A stretch of DNA of 64,000 nt from Deltaproteobacteria bacterium (GCA_019309485.1 JAFDGC010000003.1:6851-70850), one strand, 5' to 3'. Shown: positions 10,734-20,921, counted from the stretch's first letter. Numbers and translations: made by a program. Notes: generated by a model not told the origin, from the letters alone.

Positions 10734-11395
10734 AGTATTATCCTGTATATCTGGACGTGAAAAACAAAGCGTGCCTGGTAGTGGGCGGCGGCGAGGTGGG
10801 GACCCGGAAGGTGAAAACCCTTCTGGACTGCGGGGCCCGTGTCACCGTGGTGAGTCTTGCCGTCGCCCCCGAACTTTTTCAATTGGTCCGGGCCGGCGCC
10901 GTCACGCTTCACCGGCGAACATTTCGGCCCGGAGACCTGGACGGCATGTTTCTGGTCATCGGCGCCACCGACGATCCCCGGCTCAACCTGAGCGTCAGCC
11001 GGGAAGCCTTGGGCCGAAACATGCTGTGCAACGTCGCCGACAGGCCCGAGGCATGCAATTTTATCCTCCCGTCCATCGTCAATCGGGGAGATCTCATCAT
11101 CGCCGTGTCCACCTCCGGAACGAGTCCGGCCTTTGCAAAGACGCTTCGGCGGGAGCTTGAACAGCGGTTCGGCCCGGAGCATGCGGACTTTTTAAGCCTC
11201 ATGGGACAGGTCCGGCGGAAGCTGCTGAAAACCGCCCACCCACCGGAAGCCCACAAGCCCCTCTTCGAGGCGCTGATCCGAAGCGATCTCCTCCGGTGGA
11301 TAAAGGAAAAGGATATCGGTCGAATCAATGCCCTTTTACGGAAAATATTCGGGAAGGAATACGAAATCGATGCACTGCCCGGAGAAAAGTCCTGA
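10730..11395 (+). CDS. precorrin-2 dehydrogenase / sirohydrochlorin ferrochelatase (SirC / CysG N-terminal type)
   Basis: YPVYLDVKNKACLVVGGGEVGTRKVKTLLDCGARVTVV is a Rossmann fold typical of the siroheme synthase N-domain. The start overlaps the upstream stop (ATGA). Confidence 0.85.
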   Translation: MKYYPVYLDVKNKACLVVGGGEVGTRKVKTLLDCGARVTVVSLAVAPELFQLVRAGAVTLHRRTFRPGDLDGMFLVIGATDDPRLNLSVSREALGRNMLCNVADRPEACNFILPSIVNRGDLIIAVSTSGTSPAFAKTLRRELEQRFGPEHADFLSLMGQVRRKLLKTAHPPEAHKPLFEALIRSDLLRWIKEKDIGRINALLRKIFGKEYEIDALPGEKS

Positions 11396-11423
11396 GCCGA
11401 CAATGGGTGCATCCCCCTGTTGT

Positions 11424-11537
11424 GGAGCCCCCCGCTCTGAAGAGCGGGGCTCCCCGGTAAGGAAAGTGTCTATTTTAAGTACGCTTCCCGCAAGCCCCGT
11501 CTTAAAAGGCGGGGCTTGCGGGAAGCGTTCCGGTCAA
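11424..11537. repeat. double-hairpin palindromic intergenic element, copy 1
   Basis: Hairpin 1 is at 11424-11453. Hairpin 2 pairs 11481-11499 with 11510-11528 (19/19 bp). Both ends recur inverted at 40461-40768 (22/22 and 28/29 nt). Confidence 0.75.
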
Positions 11538-11574
11538 CATTTTCTGATCCGCATCGCTTTGTCCCGGTGATTCT

Positions 11575-12396
11575 ATGGAAGACCTCGTTTCCGCGGTGAT
11601 CTCCCTTTATCTGTTGAGTACGGCCTGTTACCTGGCGTATCTGTTCTTCCAGAAAGATGCGCTCCATCATTTCGGGTATTACATCCTCTTCGCGGGGCTG
11701 CTGTGCCACTCCGCCATCATCATCGCCGTCTTTGTCCAGACGGGCGCCATGCCCGTGCGCAACCTGTTCGAGACCCTGTCCCTGGCGGCATGGGCGGTGG
11801 CCGTGGTGTTTTTGGCGGTGCGGCACCGGTTCAAGCTTAAAATTTTAGGCATCTTCGCCGCTCCCGCGGCGCTGTCCCTCATGGTGGTGGCTTCCCAGCT
11901 TCCCCGGCACACCGGACCGGTGAAAGACATCTTTTCCAGTTTCTGGTTTGTCCTCCACGTGGTGAGCGTCTTTGTGGGAGATGCCGCCTTTGCCCTGGCC
12001 TGTGGCGCCGGGATTTTATACCTGGTCCAGGAGCGGGCCATCAAGAACAAGTCCCGGGGGTTCTTCTTCCGGCGTCTCCCCTCTCTGGAACGTCTCGATG
12101 CCGCGGGATACACCTGTATCGTGGTGGGGTTTACGTTCCTCACGGCGGGGCTCATCGCCGGTTTCATCTACGCCAAATCAGTGTGGGGACGGTTCTGGAG
12201 TTGGGATCCCAAGGAAGTCTGGTCCGCTGTCACCTGGCTGGTATACGCCGCCCTGCTCCATGAACGGCTCACCGTGGGATGGCGGGGGCGGCGTGCGGCC
12301 ATTTTCTCCATCATCGCGTTCGCCGTTTTGCTGTTCACCTTTTTCGGCGTCAACTTCCTCTTGAAAGGTCATCATGGGGAGTTCACACGGTTTTAG
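11575..12396 (+). CDS. cytochrome c assembly protein CcsA-like (HemX-type membrane protein upstream of hemA)
   Basis: 273-aa polytopic membrane protein with a W-rich segment WGRFWSWDPKEVWSAVTWLVYA, located directly upstream of hemA. Confidence 0.8.
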   Translation: MEDLVSAVISLYLLSTACYLAYLFFQKDALHHFGYYILFAGLLCHSAIIIAVFVQTGAMPVRNLFETLSLAAWAVAVVFLAVRHRFKLKILGIFAAPAALSLMVVASQLPRHTGPVKDIFSSFWFVLHVVSVFVGDAAFALACGAGILYLVQERAIKNKSRGFFFRRLPSLERLDAAGYTCIVVGFTFLTAGLIAGFIYAKSVWGRFWSWDPKEVWSAVTWLVYAALLHERLTVGWRGRRAAIFSIIAFAVLLFTFFGVNFLLKGHHGEFTRF

Positions 12397-12453
12397 GTTT
12401 TTTCCGTTTATGCCGACGGGAATCCCCCTCAATCCTGATTTTCGGCGGGTGCC

Positions 12454-13749
12454 ATGATTCCAAAAACGCCTGACACCATCCCCGAAATCCTCCTTGTGGG
12501 CCTCAACCATGAAACAGCACCGGTGGAACTCCGGGAATGCATGGCCCTGTCCGAAACCGATACGGAAAAGGGGCTTCAGGATCTCGGTCAGGTTCCGGAC
12601 ATCCGGGAAGCGATGCTGTTGTCCACTTGCAACCGGGTGGAGATCCTGACGGTCACGGGGAATCCCGATGCCGCCGCAAGGCACGTCAAAGCCTTTCTTT
12701 CAAGCTTCGGAGGGATAGCGCCCTCGGTTCTGGATGCGGTCCTCTATACCCACAGAGGAGACGCGGCGGTACGGCATGTGTTCCGGGTGGCGGCAAGCCT
12801 TGACTCCATGATGGTCGGGGAGCCTCAGATCCTGGGGCAGATGAAAGAGGCCTACCGGATGGCGACCATCAAAAAAACCACCGGGGTCATTCTCAACCGC
12901 CTGCTGCACCGGGCATTCTTTGTGGCCAAACGGGTCCGCAGCGAAACGGGAATCGGCGACCATGCGGTCTCCATCAGTTATGCCGCCATTGAACTGGCCA
13001 AAAAGATCTTCGAGACGCTGGAAGGGAAAAAAGTGCTCCTCATCGGCGCCGGGGAAATGGCGGAGATCGCCGTGGAACATCTGGTTCGGAACCGGTCGGG
13101 GGCCATCTTCGTGGCCAACCGGACCTTCCAGCGGGGGTTGGAACTGGCTCGAAAATTCAAAGGACAGGCGGTCCGCTTTGAAGAAATCGACGGCCTTTTG
13201 CCCGTGGCGGACATCATCATCAGTTCCACGGGTTCCCCGGACATGGTGATCCGCCGGGATCAGGTCAAGGGGGTCATCCGGTCCAGAAAAAACCGCCCCC
13301 TGTTTTTCATCGATATCGCCGTTCCCCGGGACATCGATCCTTCCATTAACCAGCTTCCCAATACCTATGTTTATGACATCGACGATTTAAAAGGGATCAC
13401 CGAGGAAAACATGGCGGATCGCCTTCGGGAAGCGGCCAAAGGAGAACGTATCGTGGACGAAGCCGTGGCGGCCTTTCGGCGATGGTACGAAAGCCTGGAG
13501 GTGGTGCCTACGGTGGTGGCGTTGAGAAGCAAGATTGAACGGATCGTTTACGCCGAAATCGAAAAAACCCTTTCCGGATGGGGCGGAACAACCGACGTCC
13601 AGCGGCAGGCCCTGTACCGCATGGCCGATGCCATGGTGAACAAAATCCTCCACGACCCCACATTGTATTTAAAAGATCTTGCCCGCTACGACGCCAAGGC
13701 CGTCACCCTGGACATTACCCGAAAACTCTTCAACCTCGACGAAAAATGA
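12454..13749 (+). CDS. hemA: glutamyl-tRNA reductase
   Basis: Catalytic motif LSTCNRVE, MVGEPQILGQ, and the NADPH fold LLIGAGEMAE; 431 aa. Confidence 0.95.
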   Translation: MIPKTPDTIPEILLVGLNHETAPVELRECMALSETDTEKGLQDLGQVPDIREAMLLSTCNRVEILTVTGNPDAAARHVKAFLSSFGGIAPSVLDAVLYTHRGDAAVRHVFRVAASLDSMMVGEPQILGQMKEAYRMATIKKTTGVILNRLLHRAFFVAKRVRSETGIGDHAVSISYAAIELAKKIFETLEGKKVLLIGAGEMAEIAVEHLVRNRSGAIFVANRTFQRGLELARKFKGQAVRFEEIDGLLPVADIIISSTGSPDMVIRRDQVKGVIRSRKNRPLFFIDIAVPRDIDPSINQLPNTYVYDIDDLKGITEENMADRLREAAKGERIVDEAVAAFRRWYESLEVVPTVVALRSKIERIVYAEIEKTLSGWGGTTDVQRQALYRMADAMVNKILHDPTLYLKDLARYDAKAVTLDITRKLFNLDEK

Positions 13750-13762
13750 AAGGACCCTTGCG

Positions 13763-14710
13763 ATGAAGACCGCGTTTTTATTCCCCGGCCAGGGATCCCA
13801 GTTCGTGGGCATGGGACTCGATTTTTACCATGAGTTCGACTTTGTCCGGGAATTGTTCGATATGGCCGAAGAAACGGTCAAGATGAAGTTGAAAAACTTG
13901 TGTTTCAAGGGTCCCATGGAGGCCCTGACCGAGACCGTCAACCTCCAACCCGCCGTCACCGCCGCCAACCTGGCTTGTCTTGCCGTTCTTGAACGAGAGG
14001 CCATCGGGGCGCAAGTCACCGCCGGGCACAGCCTGGGGGAATACAGCGCCCTGGCCGCCGCCGGGGTTCTTTCCCCCCAGGACACCCTCCGGGCGGTGTT
14101 CAGGCGCGGACAGCTCATGCACCGGGAAGCCCAAAAACACCCCGGGACCATGGTGGCCATCGTGGGGTTGTCCATCGATGCTGTTCAACAAATTGTCACG
14201 GACGCCCAGGCCCACGGGGTCGTTTCCGTCGCCAACCACAACACGGCACTTCAGATCGTAATCAGCGGATCCCCCGGACCGGTACAAAACGCCGCACGCG
14301 CCGCACACGCCCGGGGCGCCCGCACCATCCCCCTGAACGTCAGCGGCGCGTGGCACAGCCCCTTGATCCAGGGGGCCAAAGGGGAATTCGGGGCATTCCT
14401 TCAATCCCTTTCCTTCAATGCGCCCCAAAGGGAGGTCATTTTCAATGTGACTGCCGATTTATGCAGCGACCCGGAAGAGATGCGGCGTCTGTTGGCCGAA
14501 CAGCTGTGCAATCCCGTCCGCTGGTATGATGCGATGATCCGGCTCATGGAAGACGGGGTGGAGACCTTTGTGGAAGTCGGGCCTGGACGCGTCCTTTCCG
14601 GAATCCAGAAAAAGATCCTTCCCAAGGCGCACCCAGGTGCGGTCTTTAACGTGGGCGACTTGAAAAGCCTGGAGGCCTTCTTGACGGCGCGTGCCAAAAA
14701 GAGCGTTTAA
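13763..14710 (+). CDS. fabD: malonyl CoA-ACP transacylase
   Basis: MKTAFLFPGQGSQFVGMG and active-site GHSLGEYSAL. The ATG at 13763 is chosen; the upstream part of the ORF overlaps hemA. Confidence 0.93.
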   Translation: MKTAFLFPGQGSQFVGMGLDFYHEFDFVRELFDMAEETVKMKLKNLCFKGPMEALTETVNLQPAVTAANLACLAVLEREAIGAQVTAGHSLGEYSALAAAGVLSPQDTLRAVFRRGQLMHREAQKHPGTMVAIVGLSIDAVQQIVTDAQAHGVVSVANHNTALQIVISGSPGPVQNAARAAHARGARTIPLNVSGAWHSPLIQGAKGEFGAFLQSLSFNAPQREVIFNVTADLCSDPEEMRRLLAEQLCNPVRWYDAMIRLMEDGVETFVEVGPGRVLSGIQKKILPKAHPGAVFNVGDLKSLEAFLTARAKKSV

Positions 14711-14937
14711 TCGAGGGGTTCCGCCCAGACGATGAACGTTTTATTGACAATGAGAGTGTCAAGGCGGTTTTCACGGAAATAGACGTCTTTCATCACGATG
14801 AACGGGTTTTCCTGTTTCGTGAAGATATCCGATACCCTTTCCTTGGAAGCGATATTGATGCTGCCCTGGATGGTCTCCCCATCCGAGGTGCGGACCACCA
14901 CTCTCCGATAATCGGGCCGATACGCTTTTTCCACCAT
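14707..14937 (-). CDS. small conserved-looking hypothetical protein (76 aa)
   Basis: The ATG at 14937 lies 5 nt after a strong SD, AAGGAGG (reverse complement of 14943-14949). Protein: MVEKAYRPDYRRVVVRTSDGETIQGSINIASKERVSDIFTKQENPFIVMKDVYF... I recognise no family. Confidence 0.55.
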   Translation of the reverse strand: MVEKAYRPDYRRVVVRTSDGETIQGSINIASKERVSDIFTKQENPFIVMKDVYFRENRLDTLIVNKTFIVWAEPLD

Positions 14938-15327
14938 TCCTGCCTCCTTGCCTTGGGGGGTGTGGTCCAAGAACGCCGTTGCCGCTCCATCCTGCAAAAA
15001 GCCGATTTTGTCCGCGCCGTTTTTCAATCCACGGCGTTTTTTAACCGTTTGGCAAGCAAAACAAAAAAACGCTCAACTTAGGAAACGGTAAAATTTTTCG
15101 AGACGAACCATTTTCCGGGGCTTACGATCGCCTTGTATCGAAAATTGATGAATAAGTCACCTGAAATAATTGTGCAAGGTGGGTTCCTCCGACGCGACCA
15201 GGGAACGTCCGGCAGGGGCTCTAAAACGGTTCACGGCAATGGATTTTATGCTTTACACTCGGTATATTTTTTGGTATCCTTAAATTTTTTAAAACAGGGG
15301 AACGATTGAACGCCGTGGGGTGCTTTG

Positions 15328-15690
15328 ATGAAACAAAAAGATCTCGACTATTTCAAAAAATATCTCAATGACCTGCTCAATGAATTGCTCAACCAAGTGG
15401 ATGACACGGTGTCCGGAATGACCGCGGTCAAGGAAAATTTTCCGGATCCCACCGACCGCGCCTCCCTGGAATCGGATCGGAATTTTATGCTCCGGATCCG
15501 GGATCGGGAAAGCAAATTAATCAAAAAAATAAAACTGGCCCTGGATCGCATCGAAAACGGCAGCTTCGGTATCTGTGAATCCTGCGGGGGTGAAATCTCC
15601 ATCAAGCGACTCAAAGCGCGACCTGTCACCACGCTTTGCATTGAATGCAAAACAAAAGAAGAAGCCCTGGAAAAGGCCCTCGGCCTGTAA
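15328..15690 (+). CDS. dksA: DksA/TraR-family C4 zinc-finger transcription factor
   Basis: Coiled-coil N-terminal part, DPTDRASLESDR, and the zinc finger CESCGGEISIKRLKARPVTTLCIECK. Confidence 0.85.
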   Translation: MKQKDLDYFKKYLNDLLNELLNQVDDTVSGMTAVKENFPDPTDRASLESDRNFMLRIRDRESKLIKKIKLALDRIENGSFGICESCGGEISIKRLKARPVTTLCIECKTKEEALEKALGL

Positions 15691-15697
15691 CATCCAT

Positions 15698-16558
15698 GTG
15701 AGCATCGATTTACATGTGCATACTTCGGCGTCGGACGGCACCTGCTCCGCCGTCGAGATCCTTCGAGCGGCCTTCAACCTGAACTTAAGGGCCGTCGCCA
15801 TCACCGATCATGATACCGTGGAAGGGGTCAAAGACGCCCTTTCCGCCGGGATCCCTCCCGGTTTGGGATTTCTGACAGGGGTGGAAATCAGCGCCGCCCC
15901 ACCGCCGGGGTTTTCCATTTCCGCCACCATTCATATCCTGGGTTATGACATCGACGTGGACCACCCTGAGCTGAATCGGACCTTGTCCTTGCTCCAAAAC
16001 GCCCGGCGCAACCGAAATCCGAAAATCCTGGAAAAGCTGAAAAAGCTGAACATGGAAATCACCGAAACAGATATCCGAAAGGCTGCGGCCGGAAATCAGG
16101 TGGGGCGCCCCCACATCGCCCGGGTTCTCGTGGAAAAAAAATATGCCGCCAGCCTCGACGATGCCTTTGACCGGTTTTTGGGCCGGGGGAAGCCCGCCTA
16201 CGTGGACAAACTCCGCATCGGGTGCCAAGAGGCCGTTGCGTTGATCCAAAGCGCCGGAGGGTTGCCGGTCTTGGCCCATCCGGCACTTTTGAACCTTCGC
16301 GATGAGGCCCTGCTGGAAACCTTCATCGTCCATCTCAAGAAAAAAGGGATGAAAGGCCTGGAGGTGTATTATCCCGAGCATTCCCCCTCCCAGACCGCCT
16401 TTTATGCCCGCCTGGCACGTCGATATCATCTTTGGGTGACCGGAGGAACCGACTTTCACGGGGATTTGAAACCCGAGATCCGTCTGGGATGCGGGCGGGG
16501 AGACTTTGCCGTTCCGGATTCCCTGTTTAAGGAAATCGTCCAAAGAAGATGGAAGTAG
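15698..16558 (+). CDS. PHP-domain phosphoesterase (TrpH/YciV-like)
   Basis: IDLHVHTSASDGT and AITDHDTVEG are PHP motifs. The in-frame GTG at 15698 was chosen because the upstream part of the ORF overlaps dksA. Confidence 0.8.
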   Translation: MSIDLHVHTSASDGTCSAVEILRAAFNLNLRAVAITDHDTVEGVKDALSAGIPPGLGFLTGVEISAAPPPGFSISATIHILGYDIDVDHPELNRTLSLLQNARRNRNPKILEKLKKLNMEITETDIRKAAAGNQVGRPHIARVLVEKKYAASLDDAFDRFLGRGKPAYVDKLRIGCQEAVALIQSAGGLPVLAHPALLNLRDEALLETFIVHLKKKGMKGLEVYYPEHSPSQTAFYARLARRYHLWVTGGTDFHGDLKPEIRLGCGRGDFAVPDSLFKEIVQRRWK

Positions 16559-17265
16559 ACCTTACCCCCCTCGAAAATCGACTCGCCTATACCTTTTCGG
16601 ACAGGCGGCGTCTATACGAGGCGTTATGCCACACCTCTTACGCCAATGAATGTCCGAATGGAAAACAGGTGGAAGACAACCAACGCCTGGAATTTCTCGG
16701 CGACGCGGTTTTGAACCTGGTTGTGGGGCATCTGCTGTGGGAACGCTTCCCGCATTTGCGGGAGGGGGATTTGTCGAAGATGCGTTCCGGACTGGTCAAC
16801 GAGCCCCGGCTGGCCGAATGCGCCCGCGCTTTGGATCTCGGGACTTTTTTGCGGATCGGAAAAGGGGAAGAACAAAACAACGGCAGGGAAAAACCATCCA
16901 TATTGGCGGACACTTTCGAAGCGGTCATCGCCGCGGTCTATCTGGACGGCGGGTTTCCCGCCGCCTTCCGGCTCATTGAAAGCCGGTTTCTTCCTTTTTT
17001 AGAAGCCCCGGGACTGCTTCGTGCCGCCACGGATGCCAAATCCCGTCTTCAGGAAATCGTGCAGCATCAACGACAAAGGATGCCGGTTTATACGGTGTTG
17101 CAGGAGGAGGGACCCGACCACGACAAGACCTTCCGCGTCCGGGTGGAGGTGCTCGGCATCACCGCGGAGGGGATGGGAAAAAGCAAAAAGTCCGCGGAGC
17201 GCCACGCGGCACAAAACGCCCTCGCCTGCATCCATTCCCGTACTGCGCCTGCTTTCAACGAATGA
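16549..17265 (+). CDS. rnc: ribonuclease III
   Basis: RNase III signature NQRLEFLGDAVLNLVV, with a C-terminal dsRBD (KSRLQEIVQ...AERHAAQNAL). Confidence 0.93.
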   Translation: MEVDLTPLENRLAYTFSDRRRLYEALCHTSYANECPNGKQVEDNQRLEFLGDAVLNLVVGHLLWERFPHLREGDLSKMRSGLVNEPRLAECARALDLGTFLRIGKGEEQNNGREKPSILADTFEAVIAAVYLDGGFPAAFRLIESRFLPFLEAPGLLRAATDAKSRLQEIVQHQRQRMPVYTVLQEEGPDHDKTFRVRVEVLGITAEGMGKSKKSAERHAAQNALACIHSRTAPAFNE

Positions 17266-18344
17266 TGCACCCCATGGCCCTGCAGGAAGTTTGCCAAAAA
17301 GCGGTACCCAAGCCCTTCATCATCCCGGTCTTTTTGCGGCATCAAGGATGTTCCCATCGATGTGTCTTTTGCAACCAACACGCCATGGACACGGACGAAA
17401 CCCCCGCTTTCAGACCGGAAGACCTTCGACGCTACGCGACGGCGTATCTGGCGTACAACCGGGAAAACCGCCGGCCGGTGCAGTTGGCCTTCTACGGAGG
17501 GACCTTTTTGGGAATGGAAGAATCATCGGTGTTCGCCTTCCTGGAGGCCGCCGCCGCCTTGATCCAGGAAGAGCGCATCGACCATATCCGGTTTTCCACC
17601 CGTCCGGATTCCATCACCGATGTGCGGCTCGATTGGCTTTCCGGATTTCCGGTGGAGACCGTGGAATTGGGCGCCCAGTCCATGGATGATCACGTCTTGG
17701 CCGCGTCCGGACGCGGGCATTTGGCCGCCGATACCGTGCAGGCCGTAAAACGTTTGAAAAATCGGGGCTATAAGGTGGGGCTGCAACTGATGGTAGGGCT
17801 GCCGGAAGACACGGAAACCGGCTCATTTTCAAGCGCCGAGAAAGCCGCCGCCCTGTCTCCCGACTGTGTCCGGATTTATCCCACGGTGGTGCTGAAAGGA
17901 AGCCTTTTGGCCCAATGGTACCGCCGGGGGGAATACACCCCCTGGCCCCTGGAGGCGTGTGTCCACCATGTCAAACAGCTTTTTCTTTATTTTATGGAAA
18001 AAGGCATCCGGGTCATTCGAATGGGGTTGCAAGCCTCAGAGACGCTCACCCCAAAGCATCGGCTCGTGGCGGGGCCGTTCCATCCCGCCTTCGGCCATCT
18101 GGTCCGATCCGAAATCTTCTTCGACGCCTTGGCCGCCTTTCTTAAGGAAAAAAAAGAGGTCCCCGATCCTTTGACCCTGCGCATGCATCCCCGGCACGCT
18201 TCCAAGACGGCCGGCCAAGCCAATCGAAACATAGCGCTTTTAAAAAACCGATTCCGCCTGGCGGAGATTCGCATCCGCCCCGATCCTTCGTGCCCTTCGG
18301 AGACCCTTTTTGTGGATGAGACGCCCATCCGGGTACCGTGCTGA
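17262..18344 (+). CDS. radical SAM protein (ELP3-like N-terminal type)
   Basis: CSHRCVFCNQ is a CxxxCxxC cluster. Start and stop overlap with rnc (ATGA). Confidence 0.75.
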   Translation: MMHPMALQEVCQKAVPKPFIIPVFLRHQGCSHRCVFCNQHAMDTDETPAFRPEDLRRYATAYLAYNRENRRPVQLAFYGGTFLGMEESSVFAFLEAAAALIQEERIDHIRFSTRPDSITDVRLDWLSGFPVETVELGAQSMDDHVLAASGRGHLAADTVQAVKRLKNRGYKVGLQLMVGLPEDTETGSFSSAEKAAALSPDCVRIYPTVVLKGSLLAQWYRRGEYTPWPLEACVHHVKQLFLYFMEKGIRVIRMGLQASETLTPKHRLVAGPFHPAFGHLVRSEIFFDALAAFLKEKKEVPDPLTLRMHPRHASKTAGQANRNIALLKNRFRLAEIRIRPDPSCPSETLFVDETPIRVPC

Positions 18345-18369
18345 TGCCTTAGGGCGGCAGCATCGCCTT

Positions 18370-19149
18370 TCACCGGATCCAAATCAGTTCTCCGCACCGA
18401 TCCTGGACCGCCGCCTCCAGGCGTGTGTAACGGGTATCGACGGCGGAGGCAACGGCCCCGAGGGCCTTTTGGGGTGTGTTGTTGGTTTCACTCAGGTGGG
18501 CAAGCACCACGTGGGCAAGCTTTTTGTGCCGAATTTCCTTGAGGAGATTCCGGGTCTGTTCGTTGGAAAGATGCCCACATCGGCTCTGGATCCGCTGCTT
18601 GACCGGCCAGGGATAGGGGCCCTCTTCCAGCATGCGCGGGTCATGATTGGCTTCGAGGATCAGGAGATGGCAGTCCTTGAGGTGCTCCTTGACCAGGGCC
18701 GTGGCCGTTCCCATGTCCGTGGCGATGCCGATCTTCTTGCCGTTGGCGGAGACAACCATGCCGGACGGGTCTTCGGCGTCATGGGCCAGGGCAAAGGGGC
18801 GCATGGCCAAAGACCCCAGCACCCATTCCCGGCCGGTTTCGAAAGGGATACATTCACAAACTTTTCCGACAAAACGATCCGCCGCCTGCATCGTCCGTGC
18901 ACTCGAATACACGGGGAGGCCGTATCGCCGGGAAAGGACGCCCACGCCCTGGATATGATCCGCATGCTCGTGGGTAACCACAATGGCCGAAAGCATCCGC
19001 GGCGAAAGACCCCGGCAGGACAGGCGCCGTTCAATCTCGATTCCGGACAATCCCGCATCGATGAGGATGGCCGTGGTCCCGTCGCTGATGTAGACGGCGT
19101 TCCCCCTGCTTCCGCTCGCCAGGACGCACACGGACAACGGATGGTCCAT
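18370..19149 (-). CDS. MBL-fold metallo-hydrolase
   Basis: VCVLASGSRGNAVYI and VVTHEHADHIQG motifs. Confidence 0.8.
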   Translation of the reverse strand: MDHPLSVCVLASGSRGNAVYISDGTTAILIDAGLSGIEIERRLSCRGLSPRMLSAIVVTHEHADHIQGVGVLSRRYGLPVYSSARTMQAADRFVGKVCECIPFETGREWVLGSLAMRPFALAHDAEDPSGMVVSANGKKIGIATDMGTATALVKEHLKDCHLLILEANHDPRMLEEGPYPWPVKQRIQSRCGHLSNEQTRNLLKEIRHKKLAHVVLAHLSETNNTPQKALGAVASAVDTRYTRLEAAVQDRCGELIWIR

Positions 19150-19644
19150 TCAGGAAACCCCTGTATGCCCGAAACCGCCGGCATTCCTGGAAGTGTCATC
19201 CAACTGTAAAACCGCTTCGATTTTCGCCCGGCAAACAGGTTGAATGACCATCTGGGCGATCCGGTCGCCCCGGTGAACAATGAAATCCTTCTTTCCGTGA
19301 TTGATGAGGGCAATCATGACTTCTCCCCGGTAGTCCGCATCGATGGTCCCCGGTGCATTGATGATGCCGATCCCGTGTGCGACGGCGAGTCCGCTCCTGG
19401 GGCGGATCTGGGCTTCATGCCCGGGAGGCAGGGCAACGGCGAATCCTGTGGGGATCAATCGAATTTCGCCGGGGGAGAGTACCAGGTCCGTTTCCACGGC
19501 AGCACAGACATCCATCCCGGATGCGCCCGGCGTCATATAACAGGGGAGCGGAATGTCTCCTTCGGTTTTCGGCCGCAACCGGAGTAATTTGACAGTGGGC
19601 GATGGGGTCCCGGTCTTTTCGGGCGGCTTGCCGTCCATTGTCAC
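19150..19644 (-). CDS. dut: dUTP diphosphatase
   Basis: Motifs [29 protein letters not shown] and GGFGHTG. Confidence 0.9.
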   Translation of the reverse strand: MTMDGKPPEKTGTPSPTVKLLRLRPKTEGDIPLPCYMTPGASGMDVCAAVETDLVLSPGEIRLIPTGFAVALPPGHEAQIRPRSGLAVAHGIGIINAPGTIDADYRGEVMIALINHGKKDFIVHRGDRIAQMVIQPVCRAKIEAVLQLDDTSRNAGGFGHTGVS

Positions 19645-19664
19645 CTTCGCATCTCTCCGGCGTA

Positions 19665-20921
19665 TTAAGGAGATAAAAGCCCTTCAAGGTTCAATCGGGC
19701 CGGGATGGGTCCCAGAAGGGTTGCGGCCATTTGCTCCGGGCAAAAAAGTTCCCGTGCCAGATCACGAACCTCATGGGCCGCCACCGCCTCGATCCCTTGG
19801 ATGACGTGCTCGATGGGAACCGGGGCATTGAACAGAATTTCGTTTTGCGCCATGCGGAGCATCTGATGGTCCACGCTCTCGGACCCCAGATAAAGGCTTC
19901 CCTTGAGAAAGGCCTTGGCGTTCTTGAGTTCCGTAATGTCGAGGAGATCGGATTGGATCCGATGCATTTCCGCCAAGATGACCCGGAGGACTTCTTTGAT
20001 CTTCTTGACGTCGCAGGCGGCGTATGCCCCGAATACACCGGTATCCACGTAGGCGGAAACGAAGGAATAGACGCTGTAGGCCAATCCCCGGCGCTCCCGG
20101 ATTTCTTGAAAAAGACGGGAACTCATGTTCCCCCCCAGTACCGTATTGAGAATGGAAAACGCAAACCGCCTCGGGTCGGTGAGTGAAAGTCCCGGTGTGG
20201 TGAGGCACAGGTGGACCTGTTCCAGCTTTTTTCGAACCCGGCGGATCTGCGCCTGCCCGGTGGGCGTCAGGCGTTCCGGGAGTCGGTTCCCGGCACCAAT
20301 GGCTTCAAAGGCCGGCCCCATGAGATCCACGATCCGGTTGTGCTCGACGTTTCCGGCCGTACAGATCAGGATCCGATCCGGCTGGTAGAGTTTTCGAAAA
20401 AAGGCCCGTACCACGGGGGCGTCGAAACGCAAAAGGTTTTCCCGGTTGCCGAGAATGGATCTTCCCAGCGGGCTTTCCCCCCAAAAGGTGTTTTGCGCCA
20501 AAACATGGATCCATTCTTCCGGGGTATCTTCCAGCATCCCAATTTCCTGGAAGATGACGGGCCGTTCGCGATCGATCTCGAGGGGGTCGAACACGGAATT
20601 GAGGAAGATGTCCGACAGGATGTCGGTCATGGTGGCCAGATGGTCCGCCATCACCTTGGCGTGATAACACGTGGTCTCCATGGAGGTGAAGGCGTTGGAG
20701 TGGCCGCCGATGGCGTCGAAGGCCTTGGCGATCTGGTACGCGGAGCGCGTGGCGGTCCCCTTGAAGATCATGTGCTCGATGAAATGGGAAAGGCCGTTTT
20801 CATCCTCGGCCTCGTCCCGGGCACCGGCGTTGACCCACACGCCCATGGAAACGCTTTTGAAATGGGGGATCCGTTTCGTTAAAATCCGAACGTCGTTGGC
20901 CAGACAGGTCTTTTGGATCAC
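19665..20921 (-). CDS. M16-family zinc peptidase (pitrilysin-like)
   Basis: The inverted zinc motif [11 protein letters not shown] (HxxEH) near the N-terminus; 418 aa. Confidence 0.88.
   Translation of the reverse strand: MIQKTCLANDVRILTKRIPHFKSVSMGVWVNAGARDEAEDENGLSHFIEHMIFKGTATRSAYQIAKAFDAIGGHSNAFTSMETTCYHAKVMADHLATMTDILSDIFLNSVFDPLEIDRERPVIFQEIGMLEDTPEEWIHVLAQNTFWGESPLGRSILGNRENLLRFDAPVVRAFFRKLYQPDRILICTAGNVEHNRIVDLMGPAFEAIGAGNRLPERLTPTGQAQIRRVRKKLEQVHLCLTTPGLSLTDPRRFAFSILNTVLGGNMSSRLFQEIRERRGLAYSVYSFVSAYVDTGVFGAYAACDVKKIKEVLRVILAEMHRIQSDLLDITELKNAKAFLKGSLYLGSESVDHQMLRMAQNEILFNAPVPIEHVIQGIEAVAAHEVRDLARELFCPEQMAATLLGPIPARLNLEGLLSP

Noticed and set aside
15148-15309. 53-codon ORF (MNKSPEIIVQGGFLRRDQGTSGRGSKTVHG...) in the 300-nt spacer upstream of dksA.
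   Set aside because: It has no SD and an implausible composition, and it overlaps the likely dksA promoter region.
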